In this document: positions 28,621-32,000 of the stretch, one piece after another
Numbering within the stretch: position 1 is the first letter of the stretch
Layout of the letters: each line of letters begins with the position of its first letter
Assembly: GCF_000009045.1 (NCBI RefSeq)
Contig: NC_000964.3
Span: 2,970,001 to 3,002,000 of the forward strand
Source: Bacillus subtilis subsp. subtilis str. 168
GTDB taxonomy: Bacteria; Bacillota; Bacilli; Bacillales; Bacillaceae
Length of the DNA stretch: 32,000 bases
Reading direction: 5' to 3'
The notes under the pieces: model-generated
Databases searched by the model: none
What the model saw: the letters and a program-made list of their open reading frames with translations, nothing else
Told to the model about the DNA's origin: nothing
Made by a program: the position numbers and the translations under genes

Positions 28621-28654
28621 GCCTTTCACCTCTAAGGACAGTCTTCTTGTTTTT

Positions 28655-28684
28655 ATTATAAGGTTTCAAAGGATTTATACGCAA
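28655..28684 (-). promoter_or_regulatory. Candidate sigma-A promoter of ytoI (TTGCGT-18-TATAAT)
   Basis: Minus strand: -35 TTGCGT (28679-28684), 18-nt spacer, perfect -10 TATAAT (28655-28660). It lies immediately downstream of the ytnM terminator. Confidence 0.4.
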
Positions 28685-28693
28685 TGAGGCTGG

Positions 28694-28723
28694 AAAATAA
28701 AAAAGAAGCCCGACCGGCTTCTT
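28694..28723 (-). terminator. Intrinsic terminator ending the ytmI...ytnM operon
   Basis: Minus strand: AAGAAGCC-5 nt-GGCTTCTT, followed by TTTTATTTT. Confidence 0.8.
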
Positions 28724-28795
28724 ACAGCGTTGATTTCGTTCCAGTCAAACGCAAGGACCACGTGATTCCTTTTACATCGTAAAGCGGAAAAACCT

Positions 28796-29698
28796 TTATT
28801 TTTCTTTTAAATGGACATCAACCGCTGTCTTAACAATATTTCGATTCCCTATTTTAGATAAAACAAATAAAACTGCGGATAGCCATATCGCCCCTATGGC
28901 CGTATAGATCAATGGATGAACAGCTGTGTTTGCGATCCATTCATTTATTAATGTTCTGGCATTTACCAGAATAATAAATCCTCCTACAAGCACACCCATC
29001 AATTGCGGATGAAACTTCTGCACCAGCCATGCTGCGATAGGGGCAGCGATAATTCCGCCGGCCATTAGTGAAAACACCCATAACCAATTGACGTCCTCCC
29101 ATCCTAATGAAATAAGAAAACCGGCGGTTGCAGATACGGCGATGGCAAATTCACTTGTGTCTACAGTCCCGACAACTTTCCTCGGGCTCAAGCCTTTGCG
29201 GGATAATAAAATCGGAGTGGTCACCGGTCCCCAGCCGCCTCCGCCTGTGGCATCTGCAAAACCAGCGATCACTCCCAATGGGATGGATTGTTTTCGGTTT
29301 AACGGCACATGCTTCTTCTCAAGAGCCGGCTTATATTGAAATAAAAACCTGATCAATACATATCCGCCCAGAAGGAGCAAAAACAAAGAAATATAGGGTT
29401 TCGCCACATCTCCAGGTAATTGGCTGAGGAATGCCGCGCCTAAAAAAGCGCCTATAGAGCCGGGAATGACAAGCTGATAAACGGTTTGTTTGTCAACATT
29501 GCCAAATTTAATATGCGACACTCCCGATGCGGCAGTCGTTACGACTTCCGCTAAATGGACAGAAGCCGAAGCCACAGCAGGTGTGATGCCAAACGCCAAT
29601 AACAAAGAAGTTGAGGTAACCCCATAAGCCATACCTAACGAACCGTCTATTAACTGCGACAATAAACCAATAAATGCAAAAACGATTAATTTCTTCAT
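28796..29698 (-). CDS. ytnM: TauE/SafE (DUF81) family membrane transporter
   Basis: 300-aa polytopic membrane ORF with glycine-rich TM helices typical of sulfite/sulfonate exporter-like proteins. Last gene of the operon. Confidence 0.9.
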   Translation of the reverse strand: MKKLIVFAFIGLLSQLIDGSLGMAYGVTSTSLLLAFGITPAVASASVHLAEVVTTAASGVSHIKFGNVDKQTVYQLVIPGSIGAFLGAAFLSQLPGDVAKPYISLFLLLLGGYVLIRFLFQYKPALEKKHVPLNRKQSIPLGVIAGFADATGGGGWGPVTTPILLSRKGLSPRKVVGTVDTSEFAIAVSATAGFLISLGWEDVNWLWVFSLMAGGIIAAPIAAWLVQKFHPQLMGVLVGGFIILVNARTLINEWIANTAVHPLIYTAIGAIWLSAVLFVLSKIGNRNIVKTAVDVHLKEK

Positions 29699-29716
29699 CA
29701 GAACACCCCATCTATA

Positions 29717-30967
29717 TCAATCAGATATTTTTGACTCTTCATTCGAATCTAACAATCTCTTGGCGCTTTCATATAAAAAATAAGAGGCTTTGATAATTGC
29801 AGTTTCATCTATTGTAAATGCAGGGTGGTGCCAATCATGATCACCGTCTGTTCCAAAAAACGCAAAGGATCCCGGAATATGCTCAAGATAATAAGCAAAA
29901 TCTTCCCCCGCGGTTGATGGGGCGGGATCAATGACTTGAAGTTTCGCTTTATGTGCAGCGTCTCGCACCAGCCCCGTAATTGCCTCATCATTACAAAGCG
30001 GCGGCGGTCCGGAATGCCACTTCACATTTGCCTTTAACGAGAAAGCGGCAGAAATCTGCTCTGTGACTGCAAAAAAACGCTGTTTCACTTGATTACGAAC
30101 CTCTGAATCAAATGTACGAACAGTGCCCTCAATGACCACTGTATCCGGAATGACATTCCAAGTGCTGCCGCCGTTGATTTTCCCTACGGTTAAAATCGCG
30201 CTTTGCAGCGGGTTTACATTTCTGCTTACAATCGTTTGCAGGGCGACAATAAGCTGAGAGGCGCCGATAATTGGATCAAAACCATTATGCGGCAATGCTG
30301 CATGAGCACCTTTCCCTTCTATCTCTACTTTAAATCGGTCAACAGCAGCCATAAGCGGGCCTGTTTTTAACCCTACAGTCCCAACCGCGATATCCGGTTT
30401 ATTGTGAAGGCCAATAACCGCATCAATGCCATCCAGTTGGCCGTCCTCTATCACTTTTGTAGCGCCTGCACCCGCTTCCTCTGCTGGCTGAAATAATAAA
30501 CGAATCTTTCCTTTCAGACTGTCTTGATTTTCCTTCAATAAAAAGGCCGCACCAAGAAGCGCTGCCGTATGAAAATCATGACCGCACGCATGCATGATCC
30601 CTTTATGTTTAGACGCATAAGGCAATCCTGTTTTTTCTTCAATTGGCAAGGCGTCAATATCAGCCCTCAAAGCAATCGCCGGACCTTCTGACTCCCCTGC
30701 TATGTCTGCGAACACACCCGTTTTTAGAGCAGTAGGGCGAATCTGTATCCCCTTTTCTTTAAGGCATTTTTTTATAAAAGCAGTTGTTTCAAATTCTTCT
30801 TTTGACAGTTCAGGATATTGGTGCAGGTGCCGGCGAATGCCGATGAGCTGCTTTTCTAGCGTTGAGAGATTTACGGGATTAGACTCCTCTTTCAACGTCA
30901 GGATGTCATTTCCTGTAGTCTGATATGGATAGGAGCCTTCTATATTTCTCCAATAATCCAAAGACAT
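29717..30967 (-). CDS. ytnL: M20-family amidohydrolase/aminoacylase (HipO-like; probable N-acetyl-amino-acid deacetylase)
   Basis: 416 aa. Metal-binding motifs MHACGHDFH, FQPAEE and GEDFAYY. AAGGAG lies 8 nt upstream of the ATG at 30967. Confidence 0.92.
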   Translation of the reverse strand: MSLDYWRNIEGSYPYQTTGNDILTLKEESNPVNLSTLEKQLIGIRRHLHQYPELSKEEFETTAFIKKCLKEKGIQIRPTALKTGVFADIAGESEGPAIALRADIDALPIEEKTGLPYASKHKGIMHACGHDFHTAALLGAAFLLKENQDSLKGKIRLLFQPAEEAGAGATKVIEDGQLDGIDAVIGLHNKPDIAVGTVGLKTGPLMAAVDRFKVEIEGKGAHAALPHNGFDPIIGASQLIVALQTIVSRNVNPLQSAILTVGKINGGSTWNVIPDTVVIEGTVRTFDSEVRNQVKQRFFAVTEQISAAFSLKANVKWHSGPPPLCNDEAITGLVRDAAHKAKLQVIDPAPSTAGEDFAYYLEHIPGSFAFFGTDGDHDWHHPAFTIDETAIIKASYFLYESAKRLLDSNEESKISD

Positions 30968-30984
30968 ATGTTCCGCTCCTTTCC

Positions 30985-31677
30985 CTATCCCAATATATTT
31001 TCTTCAGACTCTTCAACATAAGATGAAATAAATCGGTTCAATTTATCAGCAAGACCGCCCGCCCCAAATCTTATATACTTGCTGGAAACTTTCGGATTAT
31101 CTTCTTTCAAAAAGCTTAAAAAAGATAAAATATAAATGCGCCTGTAAGCTACTTGTGTAATTCCGTACTCAAAAAACCAGTTATCAATGACATTGTATAC
31201 GCCTCGGTTGACGCCATATAGGTTATTACATTTCTTGTAAAAGCAGAGATCCGGAAGATTTAACTCCTGATGGGAAAGAAGGCTTTCTTTTTTGTTTGGT
31301 GCCATAATCCCAATCAGCTCAAAGCGTTTTGCAACGCACGAAATATCCTTTTTAATTTGCTTTGTTAAAGACTCCAAAGAATCAAACCTTCTTTCTTCTC
31401 TAATTTTAAAGAGAATGCTGCATTCGATTTTTTCTCCATAAATGTCTCTATGAAAGTCAAACAAAAAAATCTCCAATGTCTTTTCAAGGTTAGAGCCCAC
31501 CGTCGGTTTCACACCGATATTCATAACCCCTAAATGAAATTGATGATTGACTGTCGCCAGAACCCCATAAACTCCATTACGCAGCCCATGTATTTTTGCA
31601 TCTACATTTGCCGTGGGGAATCCAAGCTTTCTGCCTAATTGTTTTCCTTTCACAACCGTACCGGCAATGATCGTCAA
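30985..31677 (-). CDS. ribR: RibR: monofunctional riboflavin kinase domain fused to a C-terminal regulatory (RNA-binding) half
   Basis: 230 aa. TTG start at 31677 sits 9 nt after GAGAGGAGG. The N-terminal ~120 aa resemble the RibF kinase domain (GKQLGRKLGFPTAN, NIGVKPT, EIFLFDF..DIYG). The C-terminal half has no recognisable catalytic motif. Confidence 0.92.
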   Translation of the reverse strand: MTIIAGTVVKGKQLGRKLGFPTANVDAKIHGLRNGVYGVLATVNHQFHLGVMNIGVKPTVGSNLEKTLEIFLFDFHRDIYGEKIECSILFKIREERRFDSLESLTKQIKKDISCVAKRFELIGIMAPNKKESLLSHQELNLPDLCFYKKCNNLYGVNRGVYNVIDNWFFEYGITQVAYRRIYILSFLSFLKEDNPKVSSKYIRFGAGGLADKLNRFISSYVEESEENILG

Positions 31678-31723
31678 AAAAGTCAGCCTCCTCTCTCAGC
31701 TTCCGCATTCGATCAGACGAAAC

Positions 31724-32000
31724 CTAATGATGTGATGAATGTAAAACGGATTGATGCTGCGGAATGCCAAGACCGAGATTTTCCCGCAATGTCCCGCCGC
31801 GATAATCTTGACGATAAAGCCCTCTTTCTTGAAGAATCGGAATCACCTTTTCTACAAAAGCATCAAGTGTTCCCGGTATATCCGACCCAACGATAAACCC
31901 ATCCGCCGCCTCAGCGTTGAACCAAGTTTCAATTAAGGATGCGACACGCTCTGGTGTTCCGATGAATAGAGTCCGTGGAAAAGCCATTTCCTGTGCTACC
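31724..32000 (-). CDS. ytnJ: Flavin-dependent monooxygenase, C-terminal fragment (gene continues past the window edge)
   Basis: The open frame runs to the window end. Only the last ~92 codons are visible (...LYRQDYRGGTLRENLGL...). Assignment rests mostly on remembered operon order ytnJ-ribR-ytnL-ytnM. Confidence 0.75.
   Translation of the reverse strand, partial: VAQEMAFPRTLFIGTPERVASLIETWFNAEAADGFIVGSDIPGTLDAFVEKVIPILQERGLYRQDYRGGTLRENLGLGIPQHQSVLHSSHH

Overview
This window reads as a contiguous, intact stretch of a Bacillus subtilis (168-like) chromosome. I identified it from remembered protein sequences and gene order, not from a search. Order: ytbE (+) | coaE-ytaF-mutM-polA (-) | phoR-phoP (-) | mdh-icd-citZ (-) | ytwI (-) / ytvI (+) / ytzA (-) | pyk-pfkA (-) | accA-accD (-) | ytsJ (-) | dnaE (-) | ytrH-ytrI, ytzJ (+) | nrnA (-) | ytpI (+) | ytoI (-) | ytnM-ytnL-ribR-ytnJ' (-; tail of the ytmI sulfur-salvage operon, cut at the window edge). 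It is core housekeeping DNA covering replication and repair, the TCA cycle, lower glycolysis, acetyl-CoA carboxylase and the Pho two-component system. About 24 of 30 genes are on the minus strand. I see no rRNA, tRNA, CRISPR array, transposase, integrase, prophage or recognisable defence genes, and every ORF looks intact. The supplied ORF track over-extends the N-terminus of about 10 genes. I re-called those starts from Shine-Dalgarno spacing, and many are TTG or GTG. I do not see a convincing undescribed multi-gene system here. The best leads are modest: (1) ytoI, an uncharacterised HTH-DRTGG-CBS-hotdog regulator next to nrnA; (2) a perfect 15-bp inverted repeat with alternative pairings between ytsJ and accD; (3) ribR, which is clearly lower in GC than the rest of its operon; (4) several perfect inverted repeats in regulatory gaps (ytwI/ytvI, upstream of icd, downstream of phoR); (5) poorly characterised small or membrane proteins (ytzA/FxsA family, ytaF, ytnM, ytzJ). 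All promoter and operator calls come from reading motifs by eye and are low confidence.
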